A stretch of 62,784 bases of DNA, filler included, from a bacterium (GCA_024278215.1; 3 parts of 3 records of this genome joined end to end with filler, not necessarily neighbours in it), one strand, 5' to 3'. Shown: positions 9,877-20,638, counted from the first letter of the whole stretch. A program made the numbers and translations. The notes: generated by a model not told the origin, from the letters alone.

Positions 9877-10809
9877 GTGAAAGAAGTGACGACTTATGCC
9901 CCGGCGTCGATAGGCAATATCGGGCCGGGTTTCGACGTGCTGGGGCTGGCGATAACGAACCTTGGAGATATTGTGCGGGCACGTCGAAAACGCGGGCCGG
10001 GCGTCGAACTGATCGGCATAGAAGGCGACGGCGGCAGACTACCGCAGGAACCGGGCTAGAATACGGCTTCTATTGCGGCGGCGAAAGTGCTCGAAAAGAT
10101 CGGCGCGAAGGAAGGTCTCAATATCGAGATAACAAAAGGTGTTCCCTTCCCTTCGGGGCTCGGCAGCAGCGCGGCAAGCGCGGTGGCGGGCGGATATGCG
10201 GCAAACTACATATTCGGAGAGAAATTGACCAGGAACGAACTGCTCCAGTTATGCACAGAGGCTGAAGAGGAAGTAAGCGGCGGATTTTTCGCGGACAACA
10301 CGGCCGCCGCGCTTTTCGGCGGAGCGGTTGTCACACGTATCGCCGAAGGGCGTATAACTGCGATACCGCTGGGCGGCCCTGCGGACGCGGTGATTATCGT
10401 GGCGCAGCCTGATTTCCCGATGCCCACCAGGGAATCGCGCGCCGTGCTGCCTGAAAAGATAGCTCTTGAAGATTTCGTCGCCAACATGGGCGCGACCGCT
10501 GCTATTACCGCCGCGCTGTGCAAAAAAGACACAAAGCTTTTCGGCGAATCTATTGTCGACCGCGTGATCGAACCGGCGAGGGCCGGACTTATAAAAGGGT
10601 TTTCGGATGTGAAGAAGGCTGCGCTGGCACGCGGCGCACTGGGCTGCGCTATCAGTGGCGGCGGAGCTTCCGTTTTCGCGGTGGCGGACTCGAAGGCACC
10701 TGCCGACAGGATCGGCCAGGCTATGAAAAAGGCTTTCGCCGACAACGGAGCGCCAGCTGCGATCCATATTTGCAGTATAGACAGAAGGGGCGCGCGAATT
10801 TTAAGATAA
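9877..10809 (+). CDS. thrB: Homoserine kinase with in-frame TAG at codon 61 (read-through or pseudogene)
   Basis: APASIGNIGPGFDVLGLA and SGLGSSAAS lie in one frame. A single TAG at 10057-10059 splits them; read through, it gives a 310-aa ThrB. Confidence 0.9.
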
Positions 10810-10880
10810 TACCGGGCCGCGCATGTGCTTTTTTATTACAACGCAAAGGGAATACATACGAAGCGAAAGGAGTGTTTATT

Positions 10881-12257
10881 TTGAGTGACGCCAGGGGAAA
10901 AATTGACAAAAGAACATTAAAAAAACTTGTCGAGGAAGACAAAATACGGACGGTGATCACAGCAGGTGTGGACATGCAGGGCCGCCTGTTCGGGAAGCGG
11001 TTCTGCGCACAGACATTTCTCGATATCTTCAAAGGCGGCGCGGGCACGTGCAGTTGCAACCTCGGCTGGGATATGGACCTCGAACTCATCGACGGTCTCG
11101 AATTCACGGGCTGGCACACCGGCTACCAGGACATGATGGCTATTCCCGACTTCGATACTCTGCGCATATATCCGTGGTTCGAGAAAACCGCTATCGTGCT
11201 GTGCGACTCTGCGAACGAAGATGGCAGCCTCGTCGCCATCGCGCCGCGCACGATACTCCGCAGGCAACAGGAAAAAGCGGGCAATATGGGCTACATTCCC
11301 ATCATGGCCTCGGAACTCGAATTTTTCCTTTTCAATGAAACTGTGGACTCGGCGCGTGAAAAAGATTACACGAACCTGGAACCGCTATCAAAGAATTATT
11401 CCGACTACTCGATTTTCCGCGGCTCGCTGGACGAATGGATTATCAAGCCGATCCGCTAGGGTCTCAACGACCTTGGTCTCGAGGTGGAAAGCACCAAGGG
11501 CGAATGGGGCCACGGACAGGTGGAACTGGCTATCAGGTTCGCCGAAGCCGTCGAGATGGGCGACCGCCACGCGCTCATGAAAAACAGCATCAAGGAAATC
11601 GCCGCGCTCAACGGGCTGATGGCCACTTTTATGTCGAAGCACTCGACCGACGCTTCCGGAAGCGGGCTCCACATTCATACAAGCCTCTGGGACAGCGCCG
11701 GCAGGAAAAACGCTTTCTACGACAGCAAAGACGAACACGGTATGTCGGAACTGATGCGCCATTTCATGGGCGGCATGATGCACCTTGTGAAGGACATGCA
11801 GTTCTTCTACGCGCCGACTATCAATTCCTATAAACGCTACTGCAAGCAGTCGTTCGCTCCTTATAACATCAGTTGGGGTGGCGACAACCGCACGGTGACT
11901 TTCCGTATTTGCGGCCACGGCGGCGGCTGCCGCATCGAAAACAGGATCCCCGGCGCGGACGTGTGTTCATACCTCGCGCTGGCCGCTTGCCTCGGCTCCG
12001 GACTCTACGGCATCGAGAACGAACTCGAACCCATCGGACCTTTCATCACGGGCGATTCCTATGCTCATGATTCGTTGCCCGAACTACCGCGAAACATGAT
12101 GACCGCTGTGAAGAATCTCGACGAAAGCGAGCCGGTGCGCGAGATTTTCGGCGACGATGTCGTCGACCACTACGTGAAGGTCGGCCAGTGGGAGATCGAG
12201 CAGTTTCTCTCCAGTGTCACAGACTGGGAACGCCGCAAGTATTTCGAACTGGGATAA
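10881..12257 (+). CDS. Glutamine synthetase-like gamma-glutamyl ligase (PuuA/GlnA4 type) with in-frame TAG at codon 193
   Basis: AAGGAG then TTG start; DMQGRLFGKR, ASELEFFLF, then TAG 11457-11459, then EWGHGQVEL, GSGLHIH, DNRT, IENR in the same frame; 458 aa if read through. Confidence 0.88.
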
Positions 12258-12270
12258 TATGGAAAGAGCA

Positions 12271-12288
12271 GGCCGATTGCAATCGGCC
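12271..12288. repeat. Perfect 18-bp palindrome matching the fused ends of family A
   Basis: GGCCGATTGCAATCGGCC. Confidence 0.7.
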
Positions 12289-12332
12289 CGTTTGAGATAT
12301 AGATATATGAAGATGACGGAGGATTGCGAATT

Positions 12333-13097
12333 ATGAAAAGACTGAAGGATAAAGTCGCGCTGATTACCGGCGCGGGCATGGGACAGGGACAGGCCGCCGC
12401 GGTGCTTTTCGCCGACGAAGGCGCGAAGATCGTCATCGGCGACGTAAACGACAGCGCCGGCGCGAAAACTGTCGAGATGATAACCGACGAGGGCGGCGAA
12501 GCTGTCTTCCGCCATTGCGATGTGAGCAAGGAGGCCGACTGCAAGGCGCTCGTGGCCAAAGGTGTCGAAGCTTTCGGCAAACTCGACATCCTCTACAACA
12601 ACGCGGGTGTGCTGTGGAAGGATAAAGATAAATCAGTCGTCGACACGAAGGAAGAAGACTGGGACGCGGTGCTGGCGATCTGCCTGAAAGGCGCGTACCT
12701 GATATGCAAATACGGGATACCCGAACTGCAAAAAGCCGGCGGCGGCTCGATTATCAACATCGGCTCGATCTCGGGCCTCACAGGCTCGACGATCCCGCAG
12801 GATGCTTACGCCTCCGCCAAGGGCGCTCTGCGCACTCTCACCAAGTCGCTGGCCGTTCAGTTCGCCAGGGAAAACATCCGCTGCAACATTATCCATCCCG
12901 GCATGATCGACACGCCGATGCAGCATAAGTATATGAAAAACGATGAATGGACCAGGGCGGTCGAGGACAGCATTCCGATGGGCAGATTCGGACAGCCGGG
13001 CGAGATCGCCAAAGTTGCACTGTTCCTTGCAAGCGAGGAGTCGAGCTACATGACCGGCGCGGAACTCGTCGTGGACGGCGGTTTCATCGCAACGTGA
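12333..13097 (+). CDS. SDR family oxidoreductase
   Basis: TGAGMGQG, NNAG, YASAKG, HPGMIDT. Confidence 0.93.
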   Translation: MKRLKDKVALITGAGMGQGQAAAVLFADEGAKIVIGDVNDSAGAKTVEMITDEGGEAVFRHCDVSKEADCKALVAKGVEAFGKLDILYNNAGVLWKDKDKSVVDTKEEDWDAVLAICLKGAYLICKYGIPELQKAGGGSIINIGSISGLTGSTIPQDAYASAKGALRTLTKSLAVQFARENIRCNIIHPGMIDTPMQHKYMKNDEWTRAVEDSIPMGRFGQPGEIAKVALFLASEESSYMTGAELVVDGGFIAT

Positions 13098-13146
13098 TTG
13101 TTGAAAACACGTCATTGTCTTCCGTGTCTGATTATTACTGTAAACA

Positions 13147-13308
13147 GAGCCAATTGCAAAATTATGTTCGTAGCGAGGTCGAGCGAAATTGTTCAGAGCA
13201 AGGCGGATGTGTGAAATCCTCGCAGGCGTACGGACGATTTTGCGCCGATAACGCAGCTATGGACAATAGCAGCCGACCGCAGCAGAATCAGAATTTTGCA
13301 ATTGGCTC
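13147..13308 (-). mobile_element. Family A element, copy with 16-bp internal deletion
   Basis: Reverse copy of 4771-4948 lacking TTGTAGAGTACGTCGA. Confidence 0.9.
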
Positions 13309-13332
13309 AACAAACTGAAACGAGGTAATATT

Positions 13333-14763
13333 TTGTTTAAGAACCATGAAGAGTTGATGAAGTTCGTCAGGGACAACGAGATAGAAATGCTGGATCTGAA
13401 AGCAATGGACATGATAGGCCGCTGGCGACACATGACCTATTCGACGCGCCATATCAAGGAATCGGTATTCACGCAGGGCACCGGCATCAGCATGTCGCCG
13501 TATCCCGGCTACAGGGCCATCGAACAGGGTGACATGCTCGTCAAACCCGACCCGTCGACAGCATTCGTGGACCCGTTCTGCGAGGCGAAAACGCTGGCAG
13601 TGATCTGCGACATCTTCACGCCCGACGGCGAGCCTTATGTGCGCGACCCGCGCCGCATCGCCCGCAAAGCAGAGGAGACTATAAAGGCTGTCGGCATCGA
13701 TGGCCGCTCGCTGTGGCTGCCCGAGATGGAGTTCTACGTTTTCACGGAAGCGAAATACGGCTCGAAGCTCAACAAGGCTTTCTATGAAGTGGACGCATCG
13801 TGGGCTTCCTGGAATGTCGACGCCGACGAAGACCCGAACCTCGGCATCAAGCTGCCCACACTCGGCAACGGTCAGGCCGACGCACCGCGCGACCGCCTCT
13901 ACAACCTGCGCTCTGATATGGTCAAGCGCATCGAAAACGCCGGCTACCCCGTCAAGTACCACCATCACGAACTCGGCGGCCCCGGCCAGTGCGAGATCGA
14001 ACCTTACTTCAACACCCTGCTCAAGGCGGCGGACAGTGTCGCCGTTATGAAATATATGATCGCCAACACCGCGCGCGAATACGGCTGCGTTACGACTTTC
14101 ATGCCCAAACCGCTCGACGGCGTTCCCGGCAGCGGTATGCACTTCCACCAGTATCTCGAGAACAACGGCAAATCTCTTTTCTATGCCGCGGACGGCTACG
14201 CGAAACTCAACGAAATGGGACACCGGTATCTCGGCGGTCTCCTCAAACACACGTCCCCGCTGATGGCGATAACGAATCCGGGCACCAATTCATACCGCAG
14301 GTTCGGCGTTGGCATGGCCGCCCCGATGAGCCTTTTCTTCGCCTCTTCCAACAGGAGTTCCGCACTCAGGATTCCCGGCTACGCTCAGAACGAGATCGAA
14401 CAGCGCGTGGAATACCGACTTCCCGACGGCCTGTGCAATCCATACCTCGCCATGGCCGCGCAACTCATGGCCGGACTCGACGGCATCAAAAACAAAATCG
14501 ATCCAACGGCGGAAGGGTTCGGCCCGTTCGACATCAATAATTACGCGCAGTCGGACGCGGAACGCGCGAAACTCCACACCGCGCCGTCTTCTCTCGAACA
14601 GGCGCTCGCCGCGCTCGAATCGTCCAACGATTTCCTCACATTCAACGACGTGTTCCCTATGGAGGTCATCGAAACATGGATAAAACTCAAGAGGGAGACG
14701 GAACTGCAACCGCTCGGGTTCAGGCCGCACCCCTACGAGTATGAACTCTATTTTGATCTTTGA
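13333..14763 (+). CDS. glnA: Type I glutamine synthetase
   Basis: PEMEFYVF, YHHHELGGPGQCEI, TFMPKP, GSGMHFH, NRSSALRIP, C-terminal RPHPYEYELYFDL. Confidence 0.9.
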   Translation: MFKNHEELMKFVRDNEIEMLDLKAMDMIGRWRHMTYSTRHIKESVFTQGTGISMSPYPGYRAIEQGDMLVKPDPSTAFVDPFCEAKTLAVICDIFTPDGEPYVRDPRRIARKAEETIKAVGIDGRSLWLPEMEFYVFTEAKYGSKLNKAFYEVDASWASWNVDADEDPNLGIKLPTLGNGQADAPRDRLYNLRSDMVKRIENAGYPVKYHHHELGGPGQCEIEPYFNTLLKAADSVAVMKYMIANTAREYGCVTTFMPKPLDGVPGSGMHFHQYLENNGKSLFYAADGYAKLNEMGHRYLGGLLKHTSPLMAITNPGTNSYRRFGVGMAAPMSLFFASSNRSSALRIPGYAQNEIEQRVEYRLPDGLCNPYLAMAAQLMAGLDGIKNKIDPTAEGFGPFDINNYAQSDAERAKLHTAPSSLEQALAALESSNDFLTFNDVFPMEVIETWIKLKRETELQPLGFRPHPYEYELYFDL

Positions 14764-14854
14764 TGAATTTATACGCAATCATTACGCGCACTCGAAGTGA
14801 AGTATATGTGCGCGCTGAAGTCATAACATCTTTCGACACAGGACGATTAAGCCA

Positions 14855-16735
14855 ATGAGCAGAAACGGATATAACGGAAAGATTCTGAAGGTGGACCTGA
14901 CCGACCGGAAATGGGAGGTCGATGAGCGCGAAGACCTTTTCTACCGCAAGTATCCCGGCGGAAGCGCGCTGGGGATGTTCTACCTGCTCGACGAGATGCC
15001 CGCGGGCACCGACGCGCTCGCGCCCGAATCGCTGCTCGTGCTCGCGCCCAGCGTGCTGACGGGCGCCCCGGTGTCGGGCGCGAGCCGTTTCACGGTGACA
15101 TGCAGATCGCCGCTGGGGGGCACGGCGGGCGACTCGCAGTGCGGCGGCCAGTGGGGGCCCGAACTGAAGTTCGCCGGGTTCGACGCGGTTGTCGTCACGG
15201 GGAAAGCCTCCTCGCCCGTTTACATAAGCATCAGCAGCGGCGATGTGGATATAATAGACGCTGCCTCGATATGGGGCAGGCCTACCGCCGACACACGCGC
15301 CGCGATTCGCGAAGAACTCGGCGACGAAAAGGTGAAGATCGCCTGCATCGGCCCGGGCGGTGAAAAGCTCGTCCGCTTCGCCTGCATATCCGGCGGCAGC
15401 TCGCATTACGCGGGCCGCACAGGCGCGGGCGCTGTCATGGGTTCTAAAAACCTGAAAGCTGTCGCCTGCCGCGGAAAACGGCCTTACGAATATGACGATA
15501 AAGATGCTGTGCTCTCATACGGCAGACTTGCAAAAGAACGGCGCGACAACTCGGGCTTCGCTAAAATCCTGCGCGCGCTCGGGACCGCCGGCGTTGTCAA
15601 ACCGCAATACGATTCCGGCAATCTCACAACTCGTAATTTCACTTACAACTCGTTCGAGGGTGTCGAAAAACTGTCCGGCGAGACGATGCGCGATTCCATC
15701 GTGGCCAAATCGGAAACCTGCTTCGGCTGTGTCGTCAGTTGCAAAAAGATCGTAAAGGCCGATAAGCCCTATACGGTGGACCCTGCTTATGGCGGCCCGG
15801 AATTCGAGACAATCGCCCTGCTCGGATCAAACCTGATGATCGACGACATCACGGCTGTCGCCAAAGCCAACGAGTTGTGCAACGCCTTCGGGATAGACAC
15901 GATATCGACAGGCGCGATGATCGCTTATGCGATGGAAAGCTTTGAAAACGGCATTATAACTGAAGAACAGACCGGCGGATTAAAGTTGCGTTTCGGCGAT
16001 GCGGACGCCGCGCTTCGGGCCGTTGAAATGATAGGCGCGCGCGACGGGTTCGGCGATGTGCTCGCCGAAGGCATGTTTGCGGCGATAGAAGAATTCGGCG
16101 CGGAGACAGCACCGTTTGCAATCCATGCAAAAGGGAATCCTTTCCCCGGACACATGGCACAGGTGAAAAAATCGCAGGCTCTGGCCTATGCAGTCAATCC
16201 GTTTGGGGCGGACCACATGTCTTCGGAACACGACTGGCTGATAACCGCACCGAACGACGCCGCGCTCGGGCTCGGACTTTACGAGACTCGCGAAGCGGCT
16301 GCACTCGATACGGAAAAAGCACGGATGGTCGCCATGACCCAGATGTACTACAGCCTGCTCGATACTCTCACTCTCTGCGCTTTCTGCTGGGGCCCCGACG
16401 CGCTCTTCAACTACTACGATCTCGAAGGCTTCGTCAGGGCTGTCACAGGCTGGAATATGTCGTTCTGGGAGTTGATGAAGGTGGGCGAGAGGCGCGTGAA
16501 CATGATGCGCGCGTTCAATGCCCGCGAAGGTTTCACGGCGGACGACGACATTTTGCCCGACCGCGTATTCGAGCCGATGCCGAAAGGAACCGGCAAGGGG
16601 ATTTGTGTGCGGCGCGAAGACTTCGAGGCGGCGAAAAGGGATTATTACGGCATCATGGGCTGGGACCCGGAAAGCGGCAACCCGACACGAGGTAAGTTGT
16701 GCGAGCTGGGACTTGACTGGTTGTGCGCGAAGTAG
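14855..16735 (+). CDS. aor: Aldehyde:ferredoxin oxidoreductase (W/Mo AOR family)
   Basis: GRTGAGAVMGSKNLKA, CFGCVVSC, GPEFET, GIDTISTG, GADH. Confidence 0.93.
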   Translation: MSRNGYNGKILKVDLTDRKWEVDEREDLFYRKYPGGSALGMFYLLDEMPAGTDALAPESLLVLAPSVLTGAPVSGASRFTVTCRSPLGGTAGDSQCGGQWGPELKFAGFDAVVVTGKASSPVYISISSGDVDIIDAASIWGRPTADTRAAIREELGDEKVKIACIGPGGEKLVRFACISGGSSHYAGRTGAGAVMGSKNLKAVACRGKRPYEYDDKDAVLSYGRLAKERRDNSGFAKILRALGTAGVVKPQYDSGNLTTRNFTYNSFEGVEKLSGETMRDSIVAKSETCFGCVVSCKKIVKADKPYTVDPAYGGPEFETIALLGSNLMIDDITAVAKANELCNAFGIDTISTGAMIAYAMESFENGIITEEQTGGLKLRFGDADAALRAVEMIGARDGFGDVLAEGMFAAIEEFGAETAPFAIHAKGNPFPGHMAQVKKSQALAYAVNPFGADHMSSEHDWLITAPNDAALGLGLYETREAAALDTEKARMVAMTQMYYSLLDTLTLCAFCWGPDALFNYYDLEGFVRAVTGWNMSFWELMKVGERRVNMMRAFNAREGFTADDDILPDRVFEPMPKGTGKGICVRREDFEAAKRDYYGIMGWDPESGNPTRGKLCELGLDWLCAK

Positions 16736-16824
16736 GTTTTTATTTTGTACCGCGAGAATAATGGAATGCCCGCAACATGCAAATACTCGTTTGTGCATGT
16801 TGCCGAAACGGTAGAAATGAACTG

Positions 16825-18051
16825 ATGGATTTACTTGGATTCGGAATAGTAATGCTGCTCATAATCGTGAGCGGTCTGATCGCTTATATCGGCGACCTCG
16901 TGGGGCGCCGCGTGGGTAAAAAGCGCGTCAGCATCTTCGGCCTGCGCCCGAAACACACTTCCATAATCATAACAATCATCACCGGAATCCTTATTGTGTC
17001 TGTCACACTTTCTGCACTTTTTGTGGTTTCCAAACAGGCCCGCACCGCATTTTTCGGACTCCAGAAACTGATGACCGAACTGAAAGACAAAGAGGCTGAG
17101 CTTTCCAAACTCACCGCACTTACCAAAAAATATGAGCAGGATGAAGCCCGGCTTGCAAAGTCGCTTGACGATGTGAATTCGCGCTACACCGAAAGCCGGA
17201 AAGAGCTCGATAAAAAACAGGCGGAACTGGACGATATTCTCGGTGCGATCAACCTGAAAAGTATGGAACTTACGGACCTCCAGTCGTCGGCGGAAGAAAT
17301 GAATGTCAGTATCGGAGAACTCGATGCCGAACGTCGAATACTGGAGGCGGACAGGACAAAACTTGAAAAAAAGAAACAGCAGCTCGAAGAGGAAATCGTG
17401 CGGCTGTCGCAGAATAACGCCGAAGTGCTCGGCGACACGAAAAGAGACATACTTTACGGACAAATAATATACGAAAAAGAACAGGCGCTCGGCAGGCGGG
17501 TAGTGCCGCTAAACGCTTCAGACAAAGAAGTAAGAGAAATTCTGCTCGGAATGATCAATGGTATTTTCAGGGAAGCTATCGAGCGGGGGGCCAGGGTCGA
17601 GGACAACGCATACGAGATTTTCAGCGCGCAACTCGAAAGCCTGCTGAAAATCCTTCGCCAATCGAAGACAGACCTCATCGTAGAGGCGAGGTCGAATACA
17701 AACGTGCTCGTGGACCAGCCCATTTACATCACGCTAACTGTCGTCGACGACTACATTGTATACCGCAAAGGGCAGGTGATCGAGAAGGCTGTTGTTTCGC
17801 ACGACAAAGATCAGAAGGAAATCAGTAAAATACTGAGCGGCATGCTTGCGGCGGCCTCGATAGCCGCCCGCCGCAACGGTATGATCCCTGACCCGGAGAC
17901 GGGCCGCGTGGGCTATATTCCGGCAAGGCGCTATCTCGCCGTCGTCAAAGAACTGACCGGCCTGACCGAAGCGGCAGCCGTGGAACTGTATTCCGTTGAG
18001 GATGTGCATATCTCCGAAAGGCTCAAAGTCGACTTCAGGATAACACAATAA
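16825..18051 (+). CDS. DUF3084 domain protein
   Basis: SGLIAYIGDLVGRRVGKKRVSIFGLRPKHTS followed by a coiled coil. Confidence 0.88.
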   Translation: MDLLGFGIVMLLIIVSGLIAYIGDLVGRRVGKKRVSIFGLRPKHTSIIITIITGILIVSVTLSALFVVSKQARTAFFGLQKLMTELKDKEAELSKLTALTKKYEQDEARLAKSLDDVNSRYTESRKELDKKQAELDDILGAINLKSMELTDLQSSAEEMNVSIGELDAERRILEADRTKLEKKKQQLEEEIVRLSQNNAEVLGDTKRDILYGQIIYEKEQALGRRVVPLNASDKEVREILLGMINGIFREAIERGARVEDNAYEIFSAQLESLLKILRQSKTDLIVEARSNTNVLVDQPIYITLTVVDDYIVYRKGQVIEKAVVSHDKDQKEISKILSGMLAAASIAARRNGMIPDPETGRVGYIPARRYLAVVKELTGLTEAAAVELYSVEDVHISERLKVDFRITQ

Positions 18052-18848
18052 TGGACATAAGATTATTCAAATTTCTTATTCTTGTTGTCTCGGAAGGTGC
18101 GTTTTTCCTGTTTCTTCATTTTGCGCCCGCTTCACTTCAGAATATGAAATTTTATGCCATTCTATATACGACTTTGATACTTCTTATGGTTTCTTTACCT
18201 TTGCTCGTGCTTCTGCCTGAAGATAACTGGATATGGCTTATCGAAGAAAACCCCAGAGGCAGGAAAATCTCTCTGCGCTCGAAAGCCTCGAAACATCTTC
18301 ACCTGTCAATGCTCTATTTTTTCGTATTCGGCTTTTTCCCTTTCATAGTATCCATCGCAGCGATATCCGTCTTGCCGAAATACCAGTTTCCATTATTGAA
18401 AGAACTCATCGGCATTGCGGTTGTGTATGGCATCTACTGTGCATGGAAAAACTATAGAAACGTAATGAAATTTGATTCATTGTTTGCAGTCGGCTGGGAC
18501 CGCCGGGCGGCTTTTTTCGAGATATTCGTAGGTTTTAAAGTGTCGAAAAAGGCATATTATTTTTATTCCGGACTGGGGCTGCTCTGCGGATTCATCATCA
18601 TGGGGCTGGCCCTGCTCGCGCCGATTCTCTATTACAAATACATCGAAGCGCCCTTTGTTCCTTACGACATGGAACGATATGTTGTGCTTACAACTCTTTT
18701 GAATTTTTTCATTATAACCGGTTCATGGACAACAACGATGTACGTATTTTTCCAGATAGCCTTCGGTCGCAGGCTCCAGAAATGGGTAAAGACACCGAGG
18801 CACATAGACAATATAAATCCAGGAGGTAAAATCGATGGCCCCGACTAA
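18051..18848 (+). CDS. Hypothetical multi-pass membrane protein
   Basis: About 6 hydrophobic segments; coupled to both neighbours by overlap. Confidence 0.7.
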   Translation: MDIRLFKFLILVVSEGAFFLFLHFAPASLQNMKFYAILYTTLILLMVSLPLLVLLPEDNWIWLIEENPRGRKISLRSKASKHLHLSMLYFFVFGFFPFIVSIAAISVLPKYQFPLLKELIGIAVVYGIYCAWKNYRNVMKFDSLFAVGWDRRAAFFEIFVGFKVSKKAYYFYSGLGLLCGFIIMGLALLAPILYYKYIEAPFVPYDMERYVVLTTLLNFFIITGSWTTTMYVFFQIAFGRRLQKWVKTPRHIDNINPGGKIDGPD

Positions 18849-19914
18849 AAAAGCCAGGGAGATTCTCCGAAACGTCGCAAGGGAAATCGAAGGTCTGGCT
18901 TCCGGTTTGAATAAAAACTTCGACCATGCGCTGGAATTGCTTCAATCATGCGAGGGCGCGATTATCGTGATGGGAAACGGGAAATCGATTCCAGTTGGAG
19001 AAAAGCTGGTATCCTCTTTCAGGAGCGCCGGCAGAAGCGCATGTCTGCTGAATCCCGTAGACGCCTTCTACGGGGAAGCGGCATCTGTTTCGGCAAGAGA
19101 TGTTGTCCTGATAATTTCATCCGGAGAAGATGCCGATGAGATAATTCGTATCATTCCGTGGCTGAAAACGAAAAAAGTGAAAATAATCGCCGTCACTCCT
19201 GTCGCGCGCGGCGGCCTTGCCCGCTCCGCCGATGTGCTGCTCACTTCCGCTATCGCCACAGGTTCGGAAGACGGTCTCATTTCCTACACCACCTGCCTCA
19301 CCGCGCTCGCTGTCGGCGATCTCCTGGGCCTCTGCATGATCCACCAGCAGGACATCGAGCATGAGCGCGCGCCGGCCTCCGCTTCGGACGCGCGCGAAGC
19401 TATCTACACCATCGGCGACCTTGTCGCCACACGCCCCAGCAATCCCACCGTACCGTGGGACACCATCTTCAAGGACGCTCTCCTCGAACTCACTTCCAAG
19501 GGGCTCGGTGCCATAAGCATCGTCGACGACGATGGAAAACTCCTGGGCATCATCACCGACGGCGACGTACGCAGGCTTCTACAGAGATCACAGGGTTCAC
19601 TCACGAGAATCTTCCTCTTGAATGTCGATTCGGTTATGATCAAAAATCCGAAGCATATTTTCGCAAAGAAGACACTCACAGAAGCCCTGACCATTATGGA
19701 AGATAACGCGATTACTGTTCTTCCCGTTGTGGATGACGACATGAAACCCGTGGGTATGATACACCTTCATGACCTTGTACAACTCGGGCTGCTTCGGCGC
19801 GATTCCAACGGTGCCGGCACGAAAAAAACAGCAAAAAAAACAAAAAAGAAAAAAACGGCAGGCAGCCGCTCTGAAAAGAAAGGAAAAACAGCGAAAAAGA
19901 AGAAGCTGCATTAG
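18835..19914 (+). CDS. KpsF/GutQ-like SIS+CBS protein, divergent, with Lys-rich tail
   Basis: SIS domain (MGNGKS), GIITDGDVRR, GMIHLHDL. Confidence 0.85.
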   Translation: MAPTKKAREILRNVAREIEGLASGLNKNFDHALELLQSCEGAIIVMGNGKSIPVGEKLVSSFRSAGRSACLLNPVDAFYGEAASVSARDVVLIISSGEDADEIIRIIPWLKTKKVKIIAVTPVARGGLARSADVLLTSAIATGSEDGLISYTTCLTALAVGDLLGLCMIHQQDIEHERAPASASDAREAIYTIGDLVATRPSNPTVPWDTIFKDALLELTSKGLGAISIVDDDGKLLGIITDGDVRRLLQRSQGSLTRIFLLNVDSVMIKNPKHIFAKKTLTEALTIMEDNAITVLPVVDDDMKPVGMIHLHDLVQLGLLRRDSNGAGTKKTAKKTKKKKTAGSRSEKKGKTAKKKKLH

Positions 19915-20115
19915 CTCGCATATTTCACCAATGCGGGCCGGAAATCGGGAGAATGCCTTTATAATACAAGGCGTGGCAAGTGAGTGGTGAGAGAGCAGCC
20001 GGCCAGCCGGCCTCTTGCGCGAAATGCAGGTATGTGACCGATCCCGAATCGCTGCCGCAACACAGTAGAATAGGCGTTATCGCGATTTTCCGGTTTTCTT
20101 GGTGAGAAATCCGGG
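19915..20115. mobile_element. Family B element, long form (201 bp), flanked by TTAG direct repeats
   Basis: TTAG-CTCGCATATTTCACCA...TGGTGAGAAATCCGGG-TTAG (19911-14, 20116-19); long internal imperfect inverted repeat. Confidence 0.7.
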
Positions 20116-20206
20116 TTAGCGGTCGAGCGCAACCGGGTATGCAGGCGTACAAAACTCTGTTTGTCGCGAAAACACATGTGTATGTCGCACAACTACAGGA
20201 TACTGT

Positions 20207-20638
20207 GTGATTGACAAAACGAAACTAAGAACTGTCGAGATTGTAATACTTATCTGTGCCGTCGCAGGTGCGGCCGCCCTGTCATGGCCTGTTCTGTTCC
20301 AGTCCTCAGCCGCAAAGCGGGCATATATGACGCGCCTTGGCGCGGAAGCTATCAGGATTGCCATGGACCACTACGCCGCCGCCCACCTCGGCAGCTATCC
20401 GCCGCCTGCACAGATCACCGGCACACCCACCGACGACATATTGCTCATAGAAAAACACATTCTCGCATATCCGGCCAACCCATACTCGAAAGACGGCGGC
20501 ACAATGAAAAATGTTCCTTTCAACAAGCCCTCGCCGGGCAATTTTTCTTACATCCGCAACGAAGAAAAACAATACCAGTATAAGATGTCCGTTTACGGGG
20601 ATCCGGCTGTTCTTTACAGTCATGATTTTCAGGATTAA
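20207..20638 (+). CDS. Pilin/pseudopilin-like small membrane-anchored protein
   Basis: N-terminal TVEIVILI hydrophobic helix, AMDHYAAAHLGSYP, YPANPY. Confidence 0.6.
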   Translation: MIDKTKLRTVEIVILICAVAGAAALSWPVLFQSSAAKRAYMTRLGAEAIRIAMDHYAAAHLGSYPPPAQITGTPTDDILLIEKHILAYPANPYSKDGGTMKNVPFNKPSPGNFSYIRNEEKQYQYKMSVYGDPAVLYSHDFQD

